53,212 nucleotides of DNA from a virus. Lineage: Duplodnaviria; Caudoviricetes. Shown piece by piece: positions 8,921-17,777 of this stretch. Location of the stretch: positions 1 to 53,212 of IMG/VR virus record IMGVR_UViG_3300023119_000036; one strand, written 5' to 3'. The first letter of the stretch is position 1. Each line of letters begins with the position of its first letter. The position numbers and the translations under genes are program-made. The notes beneath the pieces are model-generated. The model was given only the letters and a program-made list of their open reading frames with translations. It ran no database searches and had not been told where the DNA came from.

Positions 8921-10225
8921 TTAAAAATTAGAGACGTTAGAACCTACAGGTGTGTCAGTATAGGAAACTGTTGTGTATGTTTGTCCGTTAAATGATACTT
9001 CGCCGTTTGGCACTCTAAGAAATACTGAATTAGTAACTACACCCTGTACATATTCATCTATTGTTTCGCTATGATTGTCTAATAATTGTAATTTAAATTG
9101 AACCTGTGTTGTCGACGGGATTAGTGCGTCTAATGCAATCACACTATTTGTATAAGCAACACCGCTATTACTTGTGTAAACTCTTTTATATGTACCTGTC
9201 AAGTTGTTATAGCCTTGAGTAACAACTTTTCCTGTGCTATCTACTGTATTTGTAGCACCCATTTGAACACTTCCTACATCATTACACAACTGTTGCCACG
9301 TTAGTGTCTTTGCTTGTCCGCCAGTGTAAGAAATTCTAGGAGAGCATCTAACTTGTCCGCCTGCATTAAAAAATGCATCGCGACTTGCCTGGCTTGGAAA
9401 CGTTACTGTAAAAATATGATTGATGCTAGTATTCCATATTAAACTTCTACTAGTTGTTAACGGACTTGAACTAGAATCTTCTAGTTCTAAAATGTCTGCT
9501 TGTCCAACAGCATCAATACTGAATCTATTTGTATCCAGTGCGGACATTTTAGATTCTAAACCAGCAATGTAAGCTTCTTCAACTAGATCAGTATTTCCTG
9601 CATTAGTATCGTAATCGCCTACAACAAAGGGTTGGGTAGTGATAGCTCCTGCTCCATTCTGATGAGCATCAATTCTTACTATGTCAGCATATAGTGCAAT
9701 GTACTGAGAGTCATCAATTTTTGAAGTATTAGGATTTACAGGACCAGAAAGGAGCGTTTGGCCGTAACCATATCCACTTAATCCTCTATCAGATACCACA
9801 GTTCCTACTCCAGAATATAGAAAACTTTTACTAGAAGTTAATGATCGTTGAGCATCTGTTTGACCGTCTGACTGAACAGTTGTACTAAGACTTGCAGCAT
9901 AAAAGAAGTTATCTATGGTTTTTGATTGGGTGATACCGTTAGTTAAGTCATTTACCCAATATGCTACACCCAATGCCTTTGCTTTTCTAAACAATCCGTA
10001 TCTAGTGCCTAGGCTTGTACTAAAAGTATCATTACTCTCGTATAAATTTACAACAAAGTCTTTGTAGGCAAGTACAGTTGATTTTGCTGCGCCGCCCCAA
10101 TATGTATTTTTGTATTCATCGTACCAATCGTCCCAGTCATAAGTTGGAGCAATGGCGGGTCCGAGAAGTTGTTGTACTTGGGAATATAAATCGTTATATC
10201 TCGATGCAGCTATAGTAACAGGCAA
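8921..10225 (-). CDS. Virion structural protein, paralog of the N-terminal domain of 10278..14354, with an inserted DUF4214-like module
   Basis: Shares GYGQTL, LYADI...HQ, F.S...R..FFN.GGQ.R and W.QL...VG with the upstream gene; TTG start with AAGGAG RBS. Confidence 0.75.
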   Translation of the reverse strand: MPVTIAASRYNDLYSQVQQLLGPAIAPTYDWDDWYDEYKNTYWGGAAKSTVLAYKDFVVNLYESNDTFSTSLGTRYGLFRKAKALGVAYWVNDLTNGITQSKTIDNFFYAASLSTTVQSDGQTDAQRSLTSSKSFLYSGVGTVVSDRGLSGYGYGQTLLSGPVNPNTSKIDDSQYIALYADIVRIDAHQNGAGAITTQPFVVGDYDTNAGNTDLVEEAYIAGLESKMSALDTNRFSIDAVGQADILELEDSSSSPLTTSRSLIWNTSINHIFTVTFPSQASRDAFFNAGGQVRCSPRISYTGGQAKTLTWQQLCNDVGSVQMGATNTVDSTGKVVTQGYNNLTGTYKRVYTSNSGVAYTNSVIALDALIPSTTQVQFKLQLLDNHSETIDEYVQGVVTNSVFLRVPNGEVSFNGQTYTTVSYTDTPVGSNVSNF

Positions 10226-12947
10226 TTTCGTTTCTCCTTACAGTATTTATTTGTTTTAGGATCTGTAGGAAAGAAACTTACGGTATTTCTGCGCCTTCGT
10301 CTGTGCGTATTATAACAGTAACAAATGCTGTTTCTACTATTTCGCCTGCTTGTCCGCCTGTCTTTAGATAGGCCGTATATAGCGCATCTATTTCAGGACT
10401 ACTAGGTGTATAAGCAAACTGTGCAGTACCGTTAGCACCTACAGTAACCACACCAGATGCATCTGCGACATTTGCATTTGAATTTGGACCTACATGCCAG
10501 TATAGCTGTGTTCCTTGCGGTACATTCGTAGTTGTCGCTGTAAAGAATACAGCACCGCTTCCGTAGTTACTGAAAACAGTCGAACTTTGTGGACTTAGTT
10601 CGTAAGTTGGAGCAGGTGTAATAGTCAATGAACTTGAAGCAACAATTGGTCCAGAATAGCTACCTGTTCTTACATTTACACTATAGTCACTTGCAGGAAC
10701 TAGTGTTCCTTGTACTAATGTAATATTGAAGCTGTTAGAATTATTATTTATAGTAGGATTGCTGACAGATCTTGATGCTCCGTTGCTGGCTTTGTCTATA
10801 GTAACATAAACTTCTGTACCGTCTGAAACATCTGTAGTTGATAAGGTAAACACTCCTATACTTTCTCCATCAACCTTAGTCATTGAGCTAGGAAGCAAAC
10901 TATATGTTGGCACTACAGGATCTACTCTGAGCAAGCCTGTTGCAACAACTACGCCATCATAAACAGTGTTAAATACGTCTAAACTATAAATGCCTGTGCT
11001 GATTCCTGTAGTATCAAACGATATACTTGCCTCGTTGTTGAAAACTGTGTCTTCTAGAGTATAAATTTCAGACGCATTAAGTGAATTAACAAATTTAAAG
11101 TATATTGTAGTACCATTTGACACATTTGTGGTTGTAAGGGTAAATGTTACTGACTGTCCACTCGTTGTACTAGGTGTCAAAGGTGAAAGTGTATAACTTG
11201 CTTCGGCTTCTGTAATTACTAGTGTTGCTGTTGCAAGAATTGTATCGTCTTCCGCCTGTGGTTCAATGGCAACAGTATATGTGCCTGGGTCTAAAGTTCC
11301 TGCCTCGATACGGAAAGAAGCAGTTCCATTACTTATACCACCAGTAGCTAGTGTTGCTATAGGGCTTCCTTGACCTACTAGTGTTGTAAGATAAAATTGG
11401 CTTCCATCTTCCACATTTTGTGTGGTTAAAACAAATTCTGCAACTTCGCCGTCAACTATTGAAAGAGAGGACGGTGTTAATTCGTATTCTGGTTCTAGCA
11501 CTGCATTAACAGTAATAGTGTCTGTGCCAATAATTGTGCCGCCTTGTCCACTGGCTGTCATAGTTATTACATGCGAGCCTGCTGTAGTGAATGTTAAATT
11601 AGGTGTGTAGTATCCTACACCACTACTTAAACCTGTGGTTCCAGACTGGTTTGAGAATGACGGACCTGATGCACTCCAAACAATTGTGTCAACATCGCCT
11701 CCTGCTTGCGCAAAACCTCTGCCTGTAGTGCCTACTGTTGTAGACTGTAGTAATCCACTCCATTCAGGCTCAACCATCCAGTAAGCAGCTTGGGGCTGAT
11801 ATGTACTTTGGGCTGTAACCGTGATAGTTCTCGTTATTTCTCCATCGTCATTTCCAGCAAAAAGTGTCCATGTTTTACTACCTTCCGAGGTAAATGCGTA
11901 TGCACCTATTGAATCTTCTTCTGTTATGTCTGTTATGTCTGGATATCTATTCCAAACGCTATCGTTCGAATCTCTAGTTAATTCAATATATGTTGCATTT
12001 GATACCCTGAATGCAAAGAAAACAGGGTTGTTGAGTCCAACAGGGCTTGTCGGATCACTGTAAAAGTAATCAATTATCGGTGCAGGAGCTGTAACTTCTA
12101 ATGTTGTACTTGCTGTTCTAGATTCTCCTGCACTATTAGTTGCAGTAATTGTAGCAATTAAGTTTCCAGAGTCTGACGGAAGATTAAATGTGTCAGTGCT
12201 TCCGCTTGCACTTGTAGAAGTAACTGTAGTAGTAGTGCCCAATCCTGAAATACTTATTGTAACACTTGTACTATTTTCTACTGTCCAGTTGACGTTTACA
12301 GGATCGCCGTAATTAGCACTCTGTCGATTCCATGCAAATGATCGTATTACTGGATCGGGTATAGGTGCAGGTGGTTCTTCTCCAGGTGTCGGGGTTCTAC
12401 TTGTGTCATTTACAGAGATACTAGCTGTTGCTTGTCCATTATCTAGTGTAATAGTTAAAGTTTCTGGACCTTCTGTAGTATAATCAGGCACTAGATTATA
12501 ATTTACCACTGCTGTATTACTGTAAACAGTAAACGAATCTGTAAGATTTGTTGACACGCCGCCGCCCGGTGTGCCTCTGTCTCCTACCACGCCTGCGGCG
12601 GTTCCACGTAAAAATGGTTTGTCAAATATTTGCGATCTTTGTGAATCGGATCTTCCATCTGAATCTATCCAAGGTATAACTGCTGTACTTTGGAGCACTG
12701 AACTAAAGAACACATTAGTAAATGATTCTCCTGTTCCATACTGCTGAAGCGAAACATCTACCCAATATGCTAAACCGGCAGCATCAGGTCTTCTAAACAA
12801 TCCAAATAACTGTCCAAAATCTGTGTTATACGCATCATTACCTTCATAGTAAGGTTTTATAATATCTTTTCGTGCAAGCACAGATGCCTTGTTAAATCCA
12901 GACCAATATACAGTAGAAAATTCATTATACCAGTCATCCCATGTATA
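9782..12947 (-). repeat. Two copies of a ~120-aa module (9782-10141 and 12573-12947)
   Basis: Y.WDDWY.E...YW.G..K..VLA.KD...YE.ND...GLFR...A.G.AYWV...SDG..D.QRS....K.FL......VV.DRG; 32 of the first 63 aa are identical by hand count. Confidence 0.95.
10243..10250 (-). promoter_or_regulatory. Putative late promoter (ATAAATAC)
   Basis: Intergenic, just upstream of the RBS of 8921..10225; resembles the T4 late promoter TATAAATA. Confidence 0.65.
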
Positions 12948-14354
12948 AAGTCCACTAGATAAATCTTCTCTTTGTACACCACTAAGTGTAAATGGCACTT
13001 GTGTACCTGGGCTTACATTGGTTGTATTAAGAGTAAAGGAAATTGTACCGCCTTCGTTCACAGAAGCATTGCTTGGTACAATCTGATAGCTAGGTAATTG
13101 CGGTGTTTGACTTGTATCGTTTATTGCAACCCTAACTGTAGATCTTCCATTGTCTAGTGCTAGATCAAAATATTCTACCCCTTCTGTAACACTATCTGAA
13201 ACTAGTGCAAAAGATGCAACTCCTATTCCATTTCCGTCTGTAGTAAACTGTCCAGTTAAACTACCTGATGCTAGGTCTGCTTGGCTTACACCTGTGATTG
13301 TATATGGAACATTAGATCCTGTAGGCACATTAGATGTACTTAGTGTAACTGTAAACTGTCCTCCTTCGTTGACAGCAGATGTGCTTGCAGTCAATATGTA
13401 AGTAGGTAATGATCCTGACTGAACTCCGCCCAAGGATACATTTGTAAATACACCAGGTACAGGCACAGCAACATCACCTGATGCTCTGTAAATACTAACT
13501 GTATTTGTTAGTGTGCCATCAACATTGTTGTCAATTGCATTATCGCCAACAACGTCATTAAATTCTACTCTAAATGATATTTGTGTTGAACTGATGTTTC
13601 TTGCTTTTATAACAAGTGTGTTACCTGCATAAACTCCGCTATAAGACCCTGAGCCGATTTTAGTGAAAATAGTATTATAAGAACTTGTTAAATCGTAGTT
13701 ACCTGTTGCGCTACCGCCTGATATAGTGCTAGAAGTTGAATCTCTATCAAATATTATTACTCCAACTTCGTTTGTTAATTGGGCCCAATCAAGTCCTTTA
13801 GGCTGTGAAGCATTTACATTTGATGGATCAATGCGAATTTGGCCGCCTGTGTTAAAAAAGTGTCTTCTTGCATCTGGAGAGTTAAATGTAATAATAAACT
13901 CGTGTACAATTAATCCATTCCATACTGTTGTTCTTGAAGAAGAATCGGCTATTGCAGTGCTTGCTTGACTAGGATGGATATTTCCTTTATCAGTTTCAAC
14001 TTGAGACATCAATTCTTCAAAGTCTGCAAGTCCCTTTTTAAAACCATCTGGATCATCTGCAACAATGCCAGCATCACTTACTGTAAATGATGTTTCATCT
14101 GCAACAACATTTAAATTCTCTAAAACTTGTGCAATTGTTTGCACACTAGGATCACTTGGGCCTACTTGGTGTATTCTTGCTTTGATTATATCTGCATATA
14201 AATTGTTTATGTCATCAGCATCAATTATCGAGTTAGGTACTATAGGTACACTTTGTAAAGTTTGGCCGTAGCCATTAATACCCGATCCGTTACCTAATAT
14301 TAATTCAATTCTAGATTGCAGATTGTTAATTCGTGCTGCTGTAATTTCTGCCAT
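10278..14354 (-). CDS. Virion structural/adhesin protein with Ig-like (Calx-beta/PKD-like) repeats
   Basis: Six copies of Y.L.P.......G....F.L.T.NV..G....Y, two ending in TEG.E.....LDNG......ND; S/T-rich; Pro-rich linker TPTPGEEPPAPIPDP. Confidence 0.8.
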   Translation of the reverse strand: MAEITAARINNLQSRIELILGNGSGINGYGQTLQSVPIVPNSIIDADDINNLYADIIKARIHQVGPSDPSVQTIAQVLENLNVVADETSFTVSDAGIVADDPDGFKKGLADFEELMSQVETDKGNIHPSQASTAIADSSSRTTVWNGLIVHEFIITFNSPDARRHFFNTGGQIRIDPSNVNASQPKGLDWAQLTNEVGVIIFDRDSTSSTISGGSATGNYDLTSSYNTIFTKIGSGSYSGVYAGNTLVIKARNISSTQISFRVEFNDVVGDNAIDNNVDGTLTNTVSIYRASGDVAVPVPGVFTNVSLGGVQSGSLPTYILTASTSAVNEGGQFTVTLSTSNVPTGSNVPYTITGVSQADLASGSLTGQFTTDGNGIGVASFALVSDSVTEGVEYFDLALDNGRSTVRVAINDTSQTPQLPSYQIVPSNASVNEGGTISFTLNTTNVSPGTQVPFTLSGVQREDLSSGLYTWDDWYNEFSTVYWSGFNKASVLARKDIIKPYYEGNDAYNTDFGQLFGLFRRPDAAGLAYWVDVSLQQYGTGESFTNVFFSSVLQSTAVIPWIDSDGRSDSQRSQIFDKPFLRGTAAGVVGDRGTPGGGVSTNLTDSFTVYSNTAVVNYNLVPDYTTEGPETLTITLDNGQATASISVNDTSRTPTPGEEPPAPIPDPVIRSFAWNRQSANYGDPVNVNWTVENSTSVTISISGLGTTTTVTSTSASGSTDTFNLPSDSGNLIATITATNSAGESRTASTTLEVTAPAPIIDYFYSDPTSPVGLNNPVFFAFRVSNATYIELTRDSNDSVWNRYPDITDITEEDSIGAYAFTSEGSKTWTLFAGNDDGEITRTITVTAQSTYQPQAAYWMVEPEWSGLLQSTTVGTTGRGFAQAGGDVDTIVWSASGPSFSNQSGTTGLSSGVGYYTPNLTFTTAGSHVITMTASGQGGTIIGTDTITVNAVLEPEYELTPSSLSIVDGEVAEFVLTTQNVEDGSQFYLTTLVGQGSPIATLATGGISNGTASFRIEAGTLDPGTYTVAIEPQAEDDTILATATLVITEAEASYTLSPLTPSTTSGQSVTFTLTTTNVSNGTTIYFKFVNSLNASEIYTLEDTVFNNEASISFDTTGISTGIYSLDVFNTVYDGVVVATGLLRVDPVVPTYSLLPSSMTKVDGESIGVFTLSTTDVSDGTEVYVTIDKASNGASRSVSNPTINNNSNSFNITLVQGTLVPASDYSVNVRTGSYSGPIVASSSLTITPAPTYELSPQSSTVFSNYGSGAVFFTATTTNVPQGTQLYWHVGPNSNANVADASGVVTVGANGTAQFAYTPSSPEIDALYTAYLKTGGQAGEIVETAFVTVIIRTDEGAEIP

Positions 14355-14363
14355 GACAGGTCC

Positions 14364-15830
14364 TTATACTTTTAGTACGCATTCTACAAGTTTTTCTTCT
14401 TCATTATTATCTGTCGCCAAAGCAATGCCTACTAAACTGCCACCGTTAATAGCTGTACTTGCACAACCGTTGTCATCAACGTATACTGCTTCACCTTTAT
14501 TAACAGGGCCTATAATTCTTACTGGCAATCTACCTTTTAGACCAATATATTGACCTTCCGCTTCACTGTTCATCATTACAGCTGGGTCTGTAGATACTAC
14601 ACCAATTGCAATACAACCTCTGCTTGCTGCTTCAACTTCATGATCGCCATGTTTGCATACACAAACTACTGTGCCTGCAGGAAGTTCTTCTGCTGTAGAA
14701 TACTTTTCTGCTAAGTCAGCGTAGCGAGCTTGAGTTGCAGTACCTTGGAATAAGTTTGCGTTTACATTTCCGGTTGCATCTCTAATCACAACAGTATTAT
14801 TAGAAGTGTTTACTCTACCTTGTCTGAAGTTGCCGCTGCCGTCTGCTAGTGTAGTTGCTTTTGATGCTGTACCTATGAAGTTAGTTGCATAGACATCGTT
14901 CCATACTAATGATGCGCTGCCTAGATCATAAAAATCATTTTGGCCTGGAATCATTCCAGTTGAAGTGACAGTTGCAACATGGATAGCAGTGCCGTTTGTA
15001 TTTGTTGCTTTAAATTTAATTTTGCTATTTAATCCAGTTGTATTGGATATTACACCTTCAACACCATTTTCTACAAATAATCTAAGATCTTGCGAATCTC
15101 CTATTTGTATTCCTGCATCAGGGAATGAAACTGCTGAAGTAAAATTTGGGTTAGACTTCAAAACAAAATCTTCTTTAGGAGTGCCTTCTAGCTTGTCGGC
15201 ATCAGAAGCTGTTCCCCAAAAACGGTGTGTTGTTGAAGTTTCACCTGTGCTAGAATTAATTAGGGTTACACCTCTGTTTATAAAGTCAAAACCTGTAATT
15301 GGATTTGTAATGCTGTCAAGTGTAAAAGGGCTTGGACTTACAATCATTACTACTTCGTCATTTACAGTCGCAGCAATAATACTTCTTGAAGTGCCACCAT
15401 TATCCAACACTTCTCTACTCTGCATTTGTGTAACACCTTCTCCAGCATTTTGTGGACCTATTAGTATGAAAGCTGTGCCATTGAAAACATAAAGTTGGTC
15501 ATTTGTAGTATCCCACCAAAAATCACCGTCAGTTAATCCGGTAGGTTCTGTTACAGCAACTTCTGCACCTCCTGTAGTGCGCCACTGATTACCGTCGTAG
15601 AATTTTAACTTAGCATTGCCACTATCAAACCAAACTTGGCCACTTAATGGCCTTCCTGGTTCGTTTGCCCCGCTGAAATTTTCTAACAAATACAAAAAGT
15701 TTTCATTTTGTATTTCACCGTATCCGGCATAGTTTTTACCAATAAACTTAAGATCGGTAGTTTGGTCTACTGTACCATCTTCAACTATGGTTAAAACAGT
15801 ATTATTATATCTATCAATTTGATATGCCAT
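14364..15830 (-). CDS. Tail fibre-like protein with C-terminal peptidase G2/intramolecular-chaperone-like domain
   Basis: Shared N-terminal anchor (GKNYAGYGEIQNENFLYLLENF...GQVWFD); C-terminal YADLAEKY...IGVVSTDP...GLKGRLPV. Confidence 0.7.
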   Translation of the reverse strand: MAYQIDRYNNTVLTIVEDGTVDQTTDLKFIGKNYAGYGEIQNENFLYLLENFSGANEPGRPLSGQVWFDSGNAKLKFYDGNQWRTTGGAEVAVTEPTGLTDGDFWWDTTNDQLYVFNGTAFILIGPQNAGEGVTQMQSREVLDNGGTSRSIIAATVNDEVVMIVSPSPFTLDSITNPITGFDFINRGVTLINSSTGETSTTHRFWGTASDADKLEGTPKEDFVLKSNPNFTSAVSFPDAGIQIGDSQDLRLFVENGVEGVISNTTGLNSKIKFKATNTNGTAIHVATVTSTGMIPGQNDFYDLGSASLVWNDVYATNFIGTASKATTLADGSGNFRQGRVNTSNNTVVIRDATGNVNANLFQGTATQARYADLAEKYSTAEELPAGTVVCVCKHGDHEVEAASRGCIAIGVVSTDPAVMMNSEAEGQYIGLKGRLPVRIIGPVNKGEAVYVDDNGCASTAINGGSLVGIALATDNNEEEKLVECVLKV

Positions 15831-15860
15831 TTGTTCAAGCCCCTAAAGTATCTATTATAC

Positions 15861-15868
15861 TTATTTAT
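15861..15868 (-). promoter_or_regulatory. Putative late promoter (ATAAATAA)
   Basis: Intergenic variant of the TAAATAC motif upstream of 14364..15830. Confidence 0.5.
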
Positions 15869-15874
15869 TCAATT

Positions 15875-17776
15875 TTAAGGATACGCTGTATCACTTACAA
15901 AGTTCCAACTTACTCCGTCAGATGAGAAAGTTAATAGTTGTCTAGATGGTGTTAAAACAGCACTACCAGACGCTGTTGCGTTTGCAACAATATCTCTAAC
16001 GACAGGTCCTTGGCTACCATCAGCATAGTCTACCTGTTCATAAGATTTTTGCAAAACACCTGTGTTATTTTCTGCAACAGTAATAGAAATTCCGCTAACT
16101 GTTGCGCCTGCATACGAAGTAGCATGTATTCTTGCTACTTTGCCGTTATTTTCTAGTACAGCAGGATAAAGATCATTCAAAAATACAATTACATTATCAT
16201 ACAAAGTTGCACCAGTGCCTAAACCTGTGATATCCATAGAAAAGACAATAGGTTCAGTAGCAACAACGTTGTCAACATAATATTTTGTAGCAGCATCTTG
16301 ATTTTCAGTTGGATCTGCTAATCCTGTTATTTTTTGACTATCAGTAACATGGATATCTCCTGTGCCTGTGATTAATATTCCCCTGCCATCGACATCAACG
16401 TTTCCTGAAGTAATATTCAATGTTGTTGTACTTTGTAAAGTATTGCCATCCATTGCAATATTATCAACATTGAGATATTCTAATGTGCCAACTCTAACAA
16501 GACCAGTAGCATAAATTACACTAGATCCTAGTCTATCATTTAAAACTTTAGCCACACCTCCAATTTTGTAACTGTCGGCTGTGCTTGTAATATCAAAATT
16601 TGTGTTTGCAGTCCATGAATTTGTAGAAGTTTTCCATGTTAAAGTTTTATTACCATCACTAGATAATAGTGTTAGGCCGCCGTCGTCGACAGCAGCGTTA
16701 TTTCCATAAGTTCCGCCATTGACATGTGCTATTTCTATGTTTTTATCTTCTACTACTAGTGTAGAAGTTTCTATAGTTGTAGTATCACCTTCTACGACCA
16801 AATCACCTGTTACTCTAAGATCACCGTTAACATCTAAAGTGTACTGAGGAGTATTGTTAAATATACCAATTTTTTCTTCTGATGCATCTATATAAAGTGC
16901 ATCAACAATAATTGCTCCTGACGGTGTTGTTCTAACTCTTAAACTTATATCATGATCAAGTAATTGATTTTCGAAATAATATCTTGGTCCGACAACCTTT
17001 TGTACATGGTTTTGTGATAAGCCAACTGTTAAACCACCTGAATTTTGTATTGTTAATGTTCCAACTGTTACACCGTTAGCATCTGATGGTAAAAATTGAT
17101 CAGCTGTACGAACTTGGCCTGTGCCTGTGATAAGTGCATTAGCGCCGCTAGATGTTCCGAAAAACTTGAACGTATCTGGAGAAATTACATTTATACCTTC
17201 GTATATTATACCATTAGGATTATCATTTGTAACTAGTTCTAAAACTCGTTGACTATATACCGGAGTAAATGCTATCGAGCTTAAAATTGCAACTCTAGTG
17301 TTGCCAATATATAAACTAGCAACGGTCCTAGATCTAGATTGGCTATCTAAAATACTTTCGATTTTGAAACCGCTTACACCTTGTGCTTCAGTATATTGTG
17401 GACCTACTAGAATTAAATCTGAACCATCGTACGCATACAATTGGTTACGTAAATTATCTATCCACAAATCGCCTGCAACCATAGACGGTTGACTATCTTG
17501 TACATACGGTCCGCCTGATGCTTTCCATGCTGTTCCGTCATATACGTTTAGACGCTGTGCACTCTTATCGTACCACAACTGACCTACTAGTGGATTACTA
17601 GGAGCAGCAGTATTTGCAAAATTTTCTAAAAGTTTTATAAAATTTTCATTAAAAAATTCGCCATACCCGGAATAATTTCTTCCTACTAGAACTAAATTTG
17701 TAGACGAATTATCAATTTGCCCGTCTATTAATTCTGTAAGTAATGCTCCGTCAGTTTTGTTAAGTTGATAACTCAT
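15875..17776 (-). CDS. Tail fibre-like protein (paralog)
   Basis: Same N-terminal anchor (GRNYSGYGEFFNENFIKLLENFAN...GQLWYD); IGI....P.YTLDV.G repeat; ITGLADPTENQDAATKYYVD trimeric-fibre neck motif. Confidence 0.75.
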   Translation of the reverse strand: MSYQLNKTDGALLTELIDGQIDNSSTNLVLVGRNYSGYGEFFNENFIKLLENFANTAAPSNPLVGQLWYDKSAQRLNVYDGTAWKASGGPYVQDSQPSMVAGDLWIDNLRNQLYAYDGSDLILVGPQYTEAQGVSGFKIESILDSQSRSRTVASLYIGNTRVAILSSIAFTPVYSQRVLELVTNDNPNGIIYEGINVISPDTFKFFGTSSGANALITGTGQVRTADQFLPSDANGVTVGTLTIQNSGGLTVGLSQNHVQKVVGPRYYFENQLLDHDISLRVRTTPSGAIIVDALYIDASEEKIGIFNNTPQYTLDVNGDLRVTGDLVVEGDTTTIETSTLVVEDKNIEIAHVNGGTYGNNAAVDDGGLTLLSSDGNKTLTWKTSTNSWTANTNFDITSTADSYKIGGVAKVLNDRLGSSVIYATGLVRVGTLEYLNVDNIAMDGNTLQSTTTLNITSGNVDVDGRGILITGTGDIHVTDSQKITGLADPTENQDAATKYYVDNVVATEPIVFSMDITGLGTGATLYDNVIVFLNDLYPAVLENNGKVARIHATSYAGATVSGISITVAENNTGVLQKSYEQVDYADGSQGPVVRDIVANATASGSAVLTPSRQLLTFSSDGVSWNFVSDTAYP

Positions 17777-17777
17777 T

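Noticed and set aside
9782-12947. The duplicated inserted module as an intein or a DGR template/variable repeat pair
   Set aside because: It has no N-terminal Cys/Ser or C-terminal His-Asn. The copies are too diverged and not adenine-specific, both are coding, and no reverse transcriptase is present in the window.
8851-15874. Intrinsic terminators in the gaps at 8851-8920, 10226-10277 and 15831-15874
   Set aside because: No convincing GC-rich hairpin followed by a T tract was found.
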